Of a DNA stretch of 64,000 nt, positions 30,313 through 40,823 are shown piece after piece. Below the pieces are notes generated by a model. That model made no database searches and was not told the origin of the DNA. It worked only from the letters and a program-made list of their open reading frames with translations. How positions within the stretch are numbered: the first letter of the stretch is position 1; each line of letters begins with the position of its first letter. The DNA is from an uncultured Chloroflexia bacterium (GTDB lineage: Bacteria > Chloroflexota > Limnocylindria > Limnocylindrales > CSP1-4), in the NCBI GenBank assembly GCA_963831715.1, contig CAWHRB010000003.1, forward strand, positions 644,117 through 708,116, in the 5' to 3' direction. The translations under genes were made by a program, and so were the position numbers.

Positions 30313-31818
30313 CTACGCCGAGGTCGGCGGGCCGAACCACCGTCCTAACGCGTCGACGAGCCCCGCCTGGGCGCCGTCGCCCACCCACGCGACGTATCCG
30401 TCAGGCCGGATCAGCACGGCGGTGGGAGCGGTGACCGCGCCGATCGCCGGCAGCTCCCACAGACCGTCGTATGCCGCGTCGATCAGCTGGACGCGATCGG
30501 TCCACGGAGTGATGTCGAAGTCGCCGGGCTCACCGAGGTTGAGCAGCACCGGTCGGGCATCGTGCAGCAGGGTGAAGACGCGTAGCGGACCCGTGGCGGT
30601 TACCAAGTCGAGGTCGGGCATGCGGCGACCGAGCAGCGGGTGGCCCTCACCCAGGTCGTAGTGGATGTCCAGTCCGGACATCATCGCGCCGAATTGTCGG
30701 CGCGGCCCGTCCATGCTCAGCACCTCGGACACACTGTCCCGCAGCGCCTCGACGCGATCGTCGACGCGCATGAGCGCGACCTGCGCCATCGTGGTGCGCA
30801 ACACGCGGGCACCGACCGGGTGCCGCTCGGCGTTGTAGGTGTCGAGGAGGCTCTCCGACGATATCCCGTTGACCACCTGGGCCAGCTTCCATCCCAGATT
30901 GACGGCGTCCTGCACACCGGTGTTGAGGCCTTGTCCACCGACCGGGGAGTGCACGTGCGCCGCGTCGCCCGCCAGCAGGACGCGCCCCGCGCGGTAGGTC
31001 GCGGCCTGCCGAGTCATGTCGGTGAACCTGGAGATCCAGGTGGGACTGTGGATCCCGTAGTCGGTCCCGTATACGGCGACGAGCCGCTCGCTGAGATCGC
31101 GCAAGGTGGGTTCGGCGGTGGCTCCGACGTGCGGCTCGGTCAGCATGACCCCCACCGTCCCTCCTTCCTTGTAGACCACGTCGCCGTCGCGGATCTCGTA
31201 GTCCACCTTGCCCAGGGCATGCATGCCGGAGGCATCGCGGCGGATGCCCAACGCAGGCTCTTCGGTCATCTCGACCTGCGCGATCAGGGAGCTCGTGGTC
31301 GCTTCCCAACCGGGGAACTCGATGCCGGCGGCTTTGCGGACCAGACTGCGTCCTCCGTCGCACCCGACGAGATACTGCGCCCGGAGCGACTGGCCGTCGG
31401 ACAGCTCGACGTCGACCCCGGTGTCGTGCTGCGCGAAACCGGTGACGTCGATGCCGTAGTGGATCTGCACGCCCAGCTCGCCGACCCAGCCGGCCAGGAT
31501 CCGCTCGATGTGGTTCTGCCACAGCCCGAGCCCGTAGGGATGCCGCGTCGGAAAGTCGCTGATGTCCAGACGGACGCTGGCGAACCCCGCGACCTGTGCC
31601 ACCTGTCCCTCCGCAAGGAACCGGTCGGCGATGCCACGCTGGTCGAGGACCTCGATGGTGCGTGATTGCAGGCCGCCTGCGCGCGATCCGGCGAGCTCCT
31701 GGCTGGCGCGCCGCTCGACGATCGCAACGTCGACGCCCGCCAACGCCAGCTCGCCCGCCAACATCAGCCCCGTCGGACCTGCTCCGGCGATCACCACCGC
31801 ACGCTCGGTCATACCCAC
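30313..31818 (-). CDS. FAD-dependent aromatic-ring monooxygenase (class A flavoprotein hydroxylase with a C-terminal thioredoxin-like domain)
   Basis: The dinucleotide-binding fingerprint is AVVIAGAGPTGLMLAGELALAGVDVAIVER, with DG (CDGGRSLVRK) and GD (AGDAAHVHSPVGGQGLNTGVQDAVNLGWKL) motifs. The 501 aa are intact. Confidence 0.85.
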   Translation of the reverse strand: MGMTERAVVIAGAGPTGLMLAGELALAGVDVAIVERRASQELAGSRAGGLQSRTIEVLDQRGIADRFLAEGQVAQVAGFASVRLDISDFPTRHPYGLGLWQNHIERILAGWVGELGVQIHYGIDVTGFAQHDTGVDVELSDGQSLRAQYLVGCDGGRSLVRKAAGIEFPGWEATTSSLIAQVEMTEEPALGIRRDASGMHALGKVDYEIRDGDVVYKEGGTVGVMLTEPHVGATAEPTLRDLSERLVAVYGTDYGIHSPTWISRFTDMTRQAATYRAGRVLLAGDAAHVHSPVGGQGLNTGVQDAVNLGWKLAQVVNGISSESLLDTYNAERHPVGARVLRTTMAQVALMRVDDRVEALRDSVSEVLSMDGPRRQFGAMMSGLDIHYDLGEGHPLLGRRMPDLDLVTATGPLRVFTLLHDARPVLLNLGEPGDFDITPWTDRVQLIDAAYDGLWELPAIGAVTAPTAVLIRPDGYVAWVGDGAQAGLVDALGRWFGPPTSA

Positions 31819-31916
31819 TCTCCGATCGGGCGAGACGCCGCAGGTCGTAGGCGGCGGTCACGTTCGCGCCTTCCTGCGGGTCACCTATGTAACGACCCGG
31901 ATCCTATCGGGGCGCA

Positions 31917-32652
31917 TGGACGGAGCGGATACGGCACCATGCGCACGAAGAGGGCCATGCTGATGTTCGAGGGTCCAGCGCGATCGAGTACGCGCAGGAC
32001 GTCAGGGCCGGACCGCTGGTGCCCCCAGCGCCAGTCTGGGATGCCGACCGAGCGCGGGATCGATCCCGACCGCGCGCCACTCCGAGTCGGCCGGGCCGTC
32101 GTCCGGACCACGACCAGCGCGTGGCCGGAGACCAGCAGATGCAGGCTGTCGGTCGACCACCCGGACCTCGTCAAGGTCGGCATCGCTATGGGTGGCGGGG
32201 CACGGTCCCATGGCTGGATCCGCTACTACATGCAGGCGGAGATCGACTATCGCGCCGCCGGAGGGCGGCTCGATGGCGAGATGGCCGTGGCCCACTACGC
32301 CGCGAGCCTCTACCCGGCGCGCGTCCTGGGCGACCCGGTGCTGTGGCCACGGATCCGGGACGAACTGTCGGCGTGGATCGAGACGGGCGCGAACGAGGAG
32401 TCGCTTATCGGTCAGTGGGACGCCTGCCAGACATTCGACGTGACCAGCAAGCTTCCATCCTGTACGGTCCCGCTCCACGTCTTCTCGTTCGCGGAGGACG
32501 TCCAGGCACCGCCGCAGTTCGGCCGGGAGGTGGCGGACCTATGCCCGACCTCCACGTACCACCTGTTCGAGGGGATGGGCCATTGCTCGATCTACGGGCA
32601 TGAGCACGAGCGCCTGAACACCGAGATCGAGGCGATCGCACGGCGGTACTGA
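31917..32652 (+). pseudogene. Alpha/beta hydrolase; C-terminal half recognisable, N-terminal half degraded
   Basis: The C-terminal region LHVFSFAEDVQAPPQFGREVADLCPTSTYHLFEGMGHCSIYGHEHER is conserved. The nucleophile-elbow region reads VKVGIAMGGG (G-x-A-x-G). The first ~90 aa are not hydrolase-like in any single frame. Confidence 0.4.
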
Positions 32653-32795
32653 CGCCCGGCGCTCACGAACGACGGCTACCGCCCGATGCAGCACAACCGC
32701 AATACCGGCACCGCCCGGTGCGGGTGCGACCGCCGATATCGGAGGGCTAGGGTCGTCACCCGCTGGCGATTTCCGAAAGCGAGGTGAGATCAGAC

Positions 32796-33017
32796 ATGCC
32801 CAAGAAGGAACATCTCCCGAACGTGAGCGACAAAGAGCAGAAGATGTACGAGCACATCAAGCGGAGCGAGCGCGAGCAAGGCCGTTCGATGGAGCGTTCC
32901 AAGGCGATCGCCGCGGCGACCGTCGTGAAGCATCACAACAAGAAGAAGCACTCCAGCGGCAAGCGATCGCGGCACTCGCCGCGAACAGGGAGGCGTCACG
33001 GCGGGGTGACGCGGTAG
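32796..33017 (+). CDS. Small basic protein (73 aa), possibly ChaB-like
   Basis: The ATG at 32796 is preceded by GAGGTGAG. Translation is MPKKEHLPNVSDKEQKMYEHIKRSEREQGRSMERSKAIAAATVVKHHNKKK... The family assignment is tentative. Confidence 0.45.
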   Translation: MPKKEHLPNVSDKEQKMYEHIKRSEREQGRSMERSKAIAAATVVKHHNKKKHSSGKRSRHSPRTGRRHGGVTR

Positions 33018-33043
33018 CCGTTCCCGCCTGACAAGATGTCAGC

Positions 33044-33957
33044 GTGCAGGCGCCCTTGATCCGCTTCGGCCTTCTGGGCGTCCAGTCGAGCGCTGGCGCC
33101 CACACGCCGGGCCAGGAGAAGGCCGCGCGGGCGCTCCGGGATGCCGGATTGCTAGAGCGCCTCGAGAGCGCCGGATGCAGCGTCACCGACCACGGCGACC
33201 TGCCGCCGGTCCGTTCTCGTCCCGATCCGGAACATCGCCGGGCGCAGAACCTGCCACTCGTGGTCGAGACCGCACGGCCGTCGCGGATCGCGTCGAAGCA
33301 GATCGTGCGAGCGGGCCAGATACCACTCGTCGTCGGCGGCGACTGCACCGTCACGGTCGGCGTCGTGTCGGGTCTCGTGCGAGCCGGCCAGGATCCGAAT
33401 CCCTGTACGTCGACGGCGGAATCGACCTCTACGTCCCCAACACGCAACCCGAGGGCCATCTCAATTCGATGGGGGTCGCCCACATGATCGGCGAACCGGG
33501 TGCTGCACCCGAGCTGAGCCGGATCGGGACCGCGACATCCGCTGCTCGATCCTGGTCGGGCTGCTTCTACGGCCCCTGCCTCGAGCACTCCGAGGACGTC
33601 GAGACACAGGTCCTCGCGCGGCATGGCATGCGAGCGGTGCCGCTCGACCGCGTGGAGGGTCGGGCGACGGCCGCTGCCGCCGAGGCACGGCAGGCCGTCG
33701 AGTCAGACGGCGGGCCATTCCTCGTCCATTTCGACGTCGACGTGCTGGACTTCGTCGACTGCCCGATCGCCGACGTCCCGCACTTCGAACACGGGATGAC
33801 GCTCGCCGACGCGATGGCGAGCCTCCGGGTCTTCGTGGCCAGCCCGCGGTACGCGGGGCTCGTCGTGACGGAGATCAACCCCGACCATGCCGACGCCGAA
33901 GGTGCGTCCATCGGCCGGTTCGTGACGGAGCTCGTCTCGGCGATCAGCGGCGTCTGA
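33044..33957 (+). pseudogene. Arginase-family ureohydrolase, paralogue of 29365-30274; at least 1 frameshift
   Basis: MQAPLIRFGLLGVQSSAGAHTPGQEKAARALRDAGL...IPLVVGGDCTVTVGVVSGLVRAGQDP is in frame 2. After about 33395 the frame shifts to SLYVDGGIDLYVPNTQPEGHLNSMGVAHMIGEPG...FLVHFDVDVLDFVDCPIADVPHFEHGMTLADAMASLR...GLVVTEINPDHAD. Confidence 0.65.
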
Positions 33958-33991
33958 GGCCGAGAAGCTCCGGGTGGTTGCCCGAAGGCGG

Positions 33992-35024
33992 TCAGCGCCA
34001 GTCCGGGATACCGCCCAGCGCCCGATCGATGCCGTCGGCGCGGAGTTCAAACCGGCCCGTCCCGTCGGGCCGCACGACATACAGCGCGCGGCCCGAGACC
34101 AGGAGGTAGCGGCCGTCCGGCGACCAAGCGACGAACTGGCCGGTCTCGCTCGTGACACGACGCTGCTCCGAGCCGTCAGCGTTCATGACCCATACGTCGC
34201 GATGCTGGTCTGCGGGCTCGTCCGCTCCGCCAGCACTCCCGATCCGAGGGCACGAACGAGCAGTCGTCCCTTTCCGAGGTGAAGGCGATCAAGGAGCCGT
34301 CGGAGGACCAGACCGGCCAGCCGTCGTTACCCGGGCTGTCGGTCAGCTGCTGGGTCTCGCCCGTGGCGATGTCGGCGATGTAGATCTCGTAGTCGCCCGC
34401 ATCGTGGCCCATGAACACGATCGCCGTGCCATCCGGCGAGAACGACGGGTACTCGAACCAAGCATCGATGTCGAGCGCGCGGACGTTCGAGCCGTCCGGA
34501 TCGACCAGGTACCCGCGGAGCCGGCCGCCGTCGCGGTCCGAGTTGAAGGCGATCGTCGATCCGTCGGGCGACCAATCCGGACCCCAGTCATTGGCCGGGT
34601 TGTTGGTGATGTTCCGCCGCTCGGATCCGTCGGCCGCCGCCACGAAGACTTCGTCATTCTCGTTGATCCGACGCGTCGAGTCGCGGTACACGACCCACTC
34701 GCCATCCGGCGACCAGGCGCCGTCGAACTCCGAACCGGCCTCTCCGGCGACCTTGACGACGTTCGAGCCGTCGATATCCATGACGAACACGTCCTCGAAG
34801 TCGTCGAAGACGATCCGCCCCTTTAGTGCGGAAGGCTCGATCGGCTCGCCGGTCGACACCGGGGTCGTGCCGGTATGGACGATCCGGGAGGGGAGCGGAG
34901 TCGCGCTGGACGCCGCGGCGGACGCAGGCGCCGACTCGGATGGGACAGCCGACGGGCCCGGCGAGCCGCAGCCGGCTAGCGAGATCACGAGGACAAGGGC
35001 TGACGCTCGTCGGTGGCGTTGCAC
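33992..35024 (-). pseudogene. PD40/TolB-like beta-propeller lipoprotein, paralogue of 3275-4636; 1 frameshift near the C-terminus
   Basis: The signal peptide and lipobox VQRHRRASALVLVISLAGCG are followed by WSPDG blades (DGAWSPDGEWVVY, WGPDWSPDGSTIAF, PSFSPDGTAIVF, WPVWSSDGSLIAF). The frame shifts at about 34215 to DVWVMNADGSEQRRVTSETGQFVAWSPDGRYLLVSG. The start may be GTG 35024 or ATG 35144. Confidence 0.6.
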
Positions 35025-35135
35025 GTGCCTTCTACATCCCGCGATGCGGATCGGTTCCACGGAACGGAGGCAGATGCCCGCGAGGTATCGTGAGCCACAT
35101 GTCACAGACACCGGCGAAGCCCTTCCTTCCGCCCG

Positions 35136-35617
35136 GTGGTTCATCCGGGTCGCTGGGCCGCCCACCGAGCGATCTATCGGGTCACCGGCGGCCGGCGCGG
35201 CCTCGGACCGCCGACAGCGAAGTCGTACGGAACGCTGCGCCTCCACACGGTCGGCCGACGGAGTGGGCAGACCCGCGTGGCGATGCTCGGCTACTTCGAG
35301 GACGGCCGAACCTGTACACGCTCGCGATGAACGGGTGGGGCGAGCCGGAACCGGCATGGTGGCTCAACCTCCAGGCGACACCCGACGTGACGATCGACCT
35401 GCGTGACGGTACCCGCCGATTCCATGCACGAGAGGCAACGGGCGACGAACGCGCCCGCCTGTGGGCCGCCATGGCGCAGGTCAACTCGAACCTCGATGCG
35501 TACGCAACGCGTCGACCGCGCGGTACCGCAGTGGTCGTCTTCGAGCCCCGGTCGGATCCGGCACGGGCCACGCCGAACGAGCGCCCCGTTCGGGCCGAGG
35601 TACGATTCGTGCAGTGA
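35136..35617 (+). pseudogene. Deazaflavin(F420)-dependent nitroreductase-family protein (DUF385), 1 frameshift
   Basis: RAIYRVTGGRRGLGPPTAKSYGTLRLHTVGRRSGQTRVAMLGYFEDG is followed, after a lost C in ggcccgaac, by PNLYTLAMNGWGEPEPAWWLNLQATPDVTIDLRDGTRRFHAREATGDERARLWAAMAQ. Confidence 0.6.
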
Positions 35618-37124
35618 CCGAGACCGACGGCGCGCTCCCGGCTCCGTCACTCCCGCCGCTCGTCGCCGCCCTCCTGACGTTCATCGCCACCGCGAGCGTG
35701 CTCGTGCTCGAGATCGCCGCCGGGCGGCTCCTGGCGCCGTACGTGGGCGTCTCGCTCACGACCTACACCGGGATCATCGGCGCGATCCTGGCCGGCATCG
35801 CCCTGGGCGCGTGGATCGGCGGCAAGGCCGCCGACACCGTCGGTCCACTGCCGCTGCTCGGCCCGGCGTTCATCCTCGGTGGCCTCAGCGCCATCGCCGC
35901 AGTGCCGATCGTCGGGGTGATCGGTGGCATCGGGGTGGGGGAGGGGTTGGTCGGCGATCGTCGTCCTCGCGACGACGGCGTTCGTCGTGCCGGCCGCCAT
36001 CCTCTCGGCCACGGCGCCGATGCTCGTGCGCGGCACGCTGACCGACCTCGCGACCAGCGGCTCGATCGTCGGCCGGCTGTCGGCCGTCGGGACGGTCGGC
36101 GCCATCACCGGCACGTTCCTGACCGGCTTCGTCCTGCTCGGCCTGTTCCCGACCCGCGTCCTGATCGTGGCGATCGGCGTCGGGCTGGCCGCGATCGGCG
36201 TCGTCCTGACGGTATGGCTGCGGCAGGGGGGAGGGGACCAGCGGCGATCGCGGTGGGCGCCGTCCTGCTGACCGGCGGACTCGCCGTGGCCCAGCCGTCG
36301 CCGTGCGACACCGAGAGCGCCTACTACTGCATCGCCATCCGTCGCGACGCCGCCGACCCGGACATCCGCGTGCTCGTGCTCGACCGACTCACGCATGCCG
36401 CCGTCGACCTGCGCGACCCGACCGACCTCGAGTTCGGCTACGTGCGGCGGTTCGCCGACGCGACGGCGCCGCTCCGTGCCGAGCTCGGGGCATCGCCCGA
36501 TGTCCTGCACATCGGTGGCGGCGGGTTCACGTTCCCGCGCTACATCGAGGCCATGCATCCCGACGCTCGGCAGACGGTGCTCGAGCTCGATCCCGGATCT
36601 ACGAGATCGCGCAGTCGGAGCTCGGGTACGTGCCGAGCGACCGCATCGACGTGCGCCTGGGCGACGCGCGACAGTCGATCCGCGCGCTCCCGTCCGATGC
36701 GTTCGACATCGTGGTCGGCGACGCCTTCGGCGGGCTCGCCGTGCCGTGGCATCTCACGACGACCGAGTTCATCGACCAGGTGGCACGCGTGCTGCGCCCG
36801 GGCGGCATGTACGTCGCGAACATCATCGACTACGCGCCGCTGCGCTTCGTCCGAGCCGAGGCGGCGACGCTGGCGACGAAGTTCTCGAACGTGGCGGTCA
36901 TCGCCCGCCGCGGGACGTTCGAGGGCGAGGGAGGCGGCAACCTCGTCCTCGTCGCGAGCGATACGCCGCTCGACAGGGCAGGGGTGGAGGCCGCCATCTC
37001 GACCTGGGGAGAAGGTGACTCGACGGCCGTTCTCACCGCCCCCGATGAGGTGGCGACGTTCATCGGCGGGTCAGTCGCGCTGACGGACGACTTCGCTCCG
37101 GTCGACCAGCTACTGGGCCGCTGA
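35614..37124 (+). pseudogene. Polytopic membrane domain fused to a spermidine-synthase-like (SpeE-fold) domain, 3 frameshifts
   Basis: GTG 35614 overlaps the DUF385 stop (GTGA). The TM region ALPAPSLPPLVAALLTFIATASVLVLEIAAGRLLAPYVGVSLTTY... spans two shifts at poly-G runs (about 35950 and 36240). The SpeE-like motifs DVLHIGGGGFTFPRYI...QTVLELDPG, then (shift at about 36597) IYEIAQSELGYVPSDRIDVRLGDARQSIRALPSDAFDIVVGDAFGG...GGMYVANIID run to 37124. Confidence 0.65.
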
Positions 37125-37197
37125 CCAGCGCCGTGCGACGCGGACCGCAGGAATCCATGGCCGAGTCGAGCGACCGCACAGTAAGGTGTGACGCGGC

Positions 37198-37623
37198 ATG
37201 AGCGACGACGCAAACACCATCGAAGAGCACCTCCGGGCCGCGTCTGATGCGATCCTTCTGCTGTTGACCGAGGTCGGTCAGCTCGAGCGACACAAGCGCG
37301 GCATCCCGCCGGGGGAACCTCGCTTCGACGAGGTGGCGCGATCGGTCCGCGTGGTGGCGCAGGCGCTGGCGGAGTTCACCGAGTACGAGGAGACGTGGGC
37401 CCGCATCGCCACGGACGGCCGGACCGACATCGAACCGATCGCGAAGTCGGAGCACGCGCCGACGACCGCCAAGATCCTCGAGCGCTGGCGAGCGATCGAA
37501 CGGCAGCTCGATGACCTGGAACCAGGCTCGCCCGAGTCGGCACGATTGTTCGCTGAGTTCGAGCGCTTGCGCGACGAGTACTTGGCCATCTTCAAGGACC
37601 GCCAAGCGAAAGACCCGGAGTAG
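37198..37623 (+). CDS. Hypothetical helical protein
   Basis: The 141-aa ORF (MSDDANTIEEHLRAASDAILLLLTEVGQLERHKRG...) has coding-like composition and is intact. Confidence 0.5.
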   Translation: MSDDANTIEEHLRAASDAILLLLTEVGQLERHKRGIPPGEPRFDEVARSVRVVAQALAEFTEYEETWARIATDGRTDIEPIAKSEHAPTTAKILERWRAIERQLDDLEPGSPESARLFAEFERLRDEYLAIFKDRQAKDPE

Positions 37624-37742
37624 CCGTGCGCCTGCCGAATCGACCGGCCGGGCGGGCGACGTTCCGCACCGCCGACGGAATGGCCCGGCGTGGGCCATCA
37701 CGGAAAGCAGGACACGGATCATCGACGACGTCGTCCTTGCGC

Positions 37743-37855
37743 GCGATGGCGGAGAACGCCGGCGCGACGATCACCGAGGTCGATGCTTCGCACGTCTCGA
37801 TGATCTCCACCCGGACGTCGTGGTCGACGTCATCGAACAGGCGCTCCGCGAGTAG
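37743..37855 (+). pseudogene. Short C-terminal remnant of an alpha/beta hydrolase
   Basis: AMAENAGATITEVDASHVSMIS in one frame continues in another as HPDVVVDVIEQALRE*. This resembles the catalytic-His region of an alpha/beta hydrolase with no upstream body. Confidence 0.25.
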
Positions 37856-37890
37856 GGGAGCTACAGCCCGCCTGAGGCCGCGCGGGCGAC

Positions 37891-38552
37891 CTAAGCCTGC
37901 GAGAAATCCGCCGTCGACGGGATCACCGCGGGCGGGGTCCCGACGACGATCACGATCACCTTCTGGTCGGTGAGCTCGATGGCGTTGGGATCCCCCTCGT
38001 AGGGCTCGCCGCCGATGTACACCGCGATCGGCGTCGGGTCGCAGTGGTCCGCGACACAGGTCTCGCTGAGCTCGACGCCCCACTCGACGAAGAACTGACC
38101 GAGGGTGTGCGGCTCCGGGTCCTCTGACTCGGTATGGATGATCCCTGTCTCGTCGTGCGTGTGGAGCGGCGAGATGCACGGCTGGTCGCACATCTCGATG
38201 CCGCCATAGCCGACCGGGTTCTCGAACGTGCGAACGCCGGGGTCCTCGATGTTGATCCCGATCCCCGCCGGGACCACGACCTCCTGGCCGTCGATGAACA
38301 CGTCCAGATGGGCGTGGACGTGGTTGATCAGGAACTCCTTCGGGGCGGGCTCAAGACCGGCCTCGACCGTGCGCTCGAGCGGATCCGACGGCGCGGGCCA
38401 GAGGAGCGTCGGTTGGGCGGCTGGCGATGCCGCCGCGGCGCTGCTCTGAGGGCTCGGGGTCGGCGCGGCACCCGCGCGTAGACGGCGGAAAGGGCGACGA
38501 CGACCGCGGCCACGACGGCGACCGCGCCCACCAGGATCAGCGGCGTTCGCAT
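37891..38552 (-). pseudogene. Secreted or membrane-anchored protein of unknown function, 1 frameshift after the signal anchor
   Basis: MRTPLILVGAVAVVAAVVVALSAVY (from ATG 38552) shifts at about 38470 to ...PAPKEFLINHVHAHLDVFIDGQEVVVPAGIGINIEDPGVRTFENPVGYGGIEMCDQPCISPLHTHDETGIIHTE... His- and Cys-rich, possibly metal-binding. Confidence 0.5.
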
Positions 38553-38658
38553 GACGGTTCCCTCCGAGCCGATCCCGCGTCCCGGATCACACTACGTGGT
38601 CTGGCAGGCGGTCGGGACGTGATTCGGCGGGGTTCGGGCCTGGACTAATCTGACCGCG

Positions 38659-39882
38659 ATGCACGTTCGTTCGGTCGAGGGCGAGGAGCGGGTCACGCCG
38701 CTCGAACTGTTCTTCGACCTCGTCTTCGTCTTCGCGCTTACGCAGGTGACCGGCTTCCTTGCAGCGAACCAGACGGGGGTGGGTCTCCTGCGGGGCGGGC
38801 TCCTTCTTGCCGCGCTGTGGTGGGCGTGGGCGGCATATGCCTGGCTGACCAACACCCTCGATCCTGAAGAAGGCGCCGTCCGACTAGCCGTATTCGCCTC
38901 GGCGGCGGCCATGCTGATCGTGGCCCTCGCGACGCCCGAGGCGTTCGGTGCAGAGGCCCTCGTCTTCGGTGTCGCCTATTTCTTCGTCCGCGTCCTGCAC
39001 CTCGTCCTGTTCGTGGTCGCCGGCCGCGACGATCCGGAGCTCCGCCGCGCCGTCCTCCGATGGGCGCCCGGCGCGTTCCTCGGGCCGGCACTGCTCGTGG
39101 TCGCCAGCTTCTTCGACGGGCCGGTCGAGCTCGGGCTGTGGATCGCCGCCCTGACGATCGACTACCTCAGCGCGCTGATCGGCCGTGGGCGGGGGTGGCA
39201 CATCTCGCCAGCGCACTTCGTCGAGCGACACGGGCTCATCATCATCATCGCCCTGGGAGAGTCGATCGTCGCGGTCGGCGTCGGCGCGGCAGGATTGCCG
39301 CTCGATGCCGCGAGGATCGCGGCCGCCCTGCTGGGGATGGTCGTCGCGGCGGCCCTGTGGTGGTCCTACTTCGATTGGGTCACCTTCATCTCGCAGGCCA
39401 GGCTCACTGATGCGCAGGGTGCCGAGCGCGCGGACCTCGCGCGCGACCTGTACTCGTACCTCCACATGCCGATGGTCTTCGGCATCGTCCTCTTTGCGCT
39501 CGGGATGAAGGAGACGCTGAGCCATGTCGACGAACCGCTGGGGACCATCCCAGCCATCGGCCTGTGCGGAGGTCTGGCGCTGTACATGGCCGCGCACGTA
39601 GTCCTGCGGCTGCGGATCGGCGGCGGCTGGGGACACGGTCGACCGACCGCGACGATCGTGCTGCTCGCCCTCATCCCTGTCGCCACCGTGGTGCCGGCGC
39701 TCGTTTCGTTAGCGCTGGCAGCGGCCGTCTGCACGACATTGATCGCCTACGAGGCGCTTCGATATCGGCACGCGCGCACATGGATCCGGAGCCACCGCGG
39801 CGAGTTCACGATGGAGGAGGTCGCACGCTTCGCGGGTCCAGGGGGCGCACCACCCAGCGGTCAGGAGGCCCCAACGGAATGA
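38659..39882 (+). CDS. ltrA: LtrA (low temperature requirement A) family membrane protein
   Basis: The LtrA signature is LELFFDLVFVFALTQVT with about 10 TM helices. The 407 aa are intact. Confidence 0.8.
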   Translation: MHVRSVEGEERVTPLELFFDLVFVFALTQVTGFLAANQTGVGLLRGGLLLAALWWAWAAYAWLTNTLDPEEGAVRLAVFASAAAMLIVALATPEAFGAEALVFGVAYFFVRVLHLVLFVVAGRDDPELRRAVLRWAPGAFLGPALLVVASFFDGPVELGLWIAALTIDYLSALIGRGRGWHISPAHFVERHGLIIIIALGESIVAVGVGAAGLPLDAARIAAALLGMVVAAALWWSYFDWVTFISQARLTDAQGAERADLARDLYSYLHMPMVFGIVLFALGMKETLSHVDEPLGTIPAIGLCGGLALYMAAHVVLRLRIGGGWGHGRPTATIVLLALIPVATVVPALVSLALAAAVCTTLIAYEALRYRHARTWIRSHRGEFTMEEVARFAGPGGAPPSGQEAPTE

Positions 39883-40250
39883 ACGACGCTCTCGCCATGG
39901 CGCACGTGATCGACTACATCGAGCTCTCCGTCGACGATCTGGAGCAGTCGAAGGCGTTTTACGCGAAGGCGCTTGGATGGGCCTTCAACGACTATGGCCC
40001 CGAATACGCTGGGATCCAGGACCCAAGGACCGGTGGCGAGTTCGGCGGACTCGCAGCGCAGCCGGTCGCATCGCGCGGCGAAGGGACGTTGGCGCTGGTC
40101 CGCACCGACGATGCCGACGCCGCCCTCGCCAGCGTGGTCGACGCCGGTGGCCGCGTCCAGGCGGCGATGCACGACTATCCGGGTGGGCGGCGGTTCACCT
40201 TCGCGGACCCCTCCGGGAACGTCCTCGGGGTCTACGAGCCCTCCGAGTAG
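39879..40250 (+). CDS. VOC / glyoxalase family protein
   Basis: ATG 39879 overlaps the ltrA stop (ATGA) and has AGGAGG 10 nt upstream. Translation is MNDALAMAHVIDYIELSVDDLEQSKAFYAKALGW...FTFADPSGNVLGVYEP. Confidence 0.75.
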   Translation: MNDALAMAHVIDYIELSVDDLEQSKAFYAKALGWAFNDYGPEYAGIQDPRTGGEFGGLAAQPVASRGEGTLALVRTDDADAALASVVDAGGRVQAAMHDYPGGRRFTFADPSGNVLGVYEPSE

Positions 40251-40253
40251 CGG

Positions 40254-40823
40254 TCAGGCGTCGGCCTCGGGCGCCTCCATGCGCTCCAGGAGCGCCAGCG
40301 TCGTCTGCCAGCTGCGGATCGTCATCGACTTGTACGCCGGCGTCCCGACGATCTTGCCGAGCCGGCTCTTCGTCCGTTCCGCGCTCAGCCGCTGCGAGTA
40401 GATCACGCCGGTTCCCGGCCACACCTCGTCGACGCCGGGCCGCGGGTCGAAGACCTTCATCGCCGTCCGGGCGTCGATACCCATGAGGAAGACCGCGTCG
40501 CTGTGGTACGTCTCCGGATGGTCGCCGAAGCCCTTCGGTCGCTTCCGGACCACGGCGCGAAGCTGGGCCAGCGTCAGGACCAGCACCGCGATCAGCTCGC
40601 TATCGAGCTTGAAGGTCTTGGGCAGCGCTTCCTCGAGCTCTCGCTTGATCGCGGCCGCGGTGCGATCGGAGGTCAGGATCACGTTGCCGCTGGCGATGTA
40701 GGTCGAGACCTTCGTGTGGCCGTGCAATTCGAGAAGCTCGCGCAGGGCCGCCATCGGCACCTTGTTCCGGCCGCCGACGTTGATGCCGCGCAGGAGGACG
40801 AGGTATCGGGTCATCGAGGGCAT
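40254..40823 (-). CDS. DUF1697 family protein
   Basis: The N-terminus is the DUF1697 signature MTRYLVLLRGINVGGRNKVPMAALRELL. The 189 aa are intact. Confidence 0.7.
   Translation of the reverse strand: MPSMTRYLVLLRGINVGGRNKVPMAALRELLELHGHTKVSTYIASGNVILTSDRTAAAIKRELEEALPKTFKLDSELIAVLVLTLAQLRAVVRKRPKGFGDHPETYHSDAVFLMGIDARTAMKVFDPRPGVDEVWPGTGVIYSQRLSAERTKSRLGKIVGTPAYKSMTIRSWQTTLALLERMEAPEADA

Noticed and set aside
37626-37973. The 115-aa ORF starting at 37626.
   Set aside because: Only about 22 residues (AMAENAGATITEVDASHVSMIS) look protein-like. It is treated as a hydrolase remnant rather than a gene.
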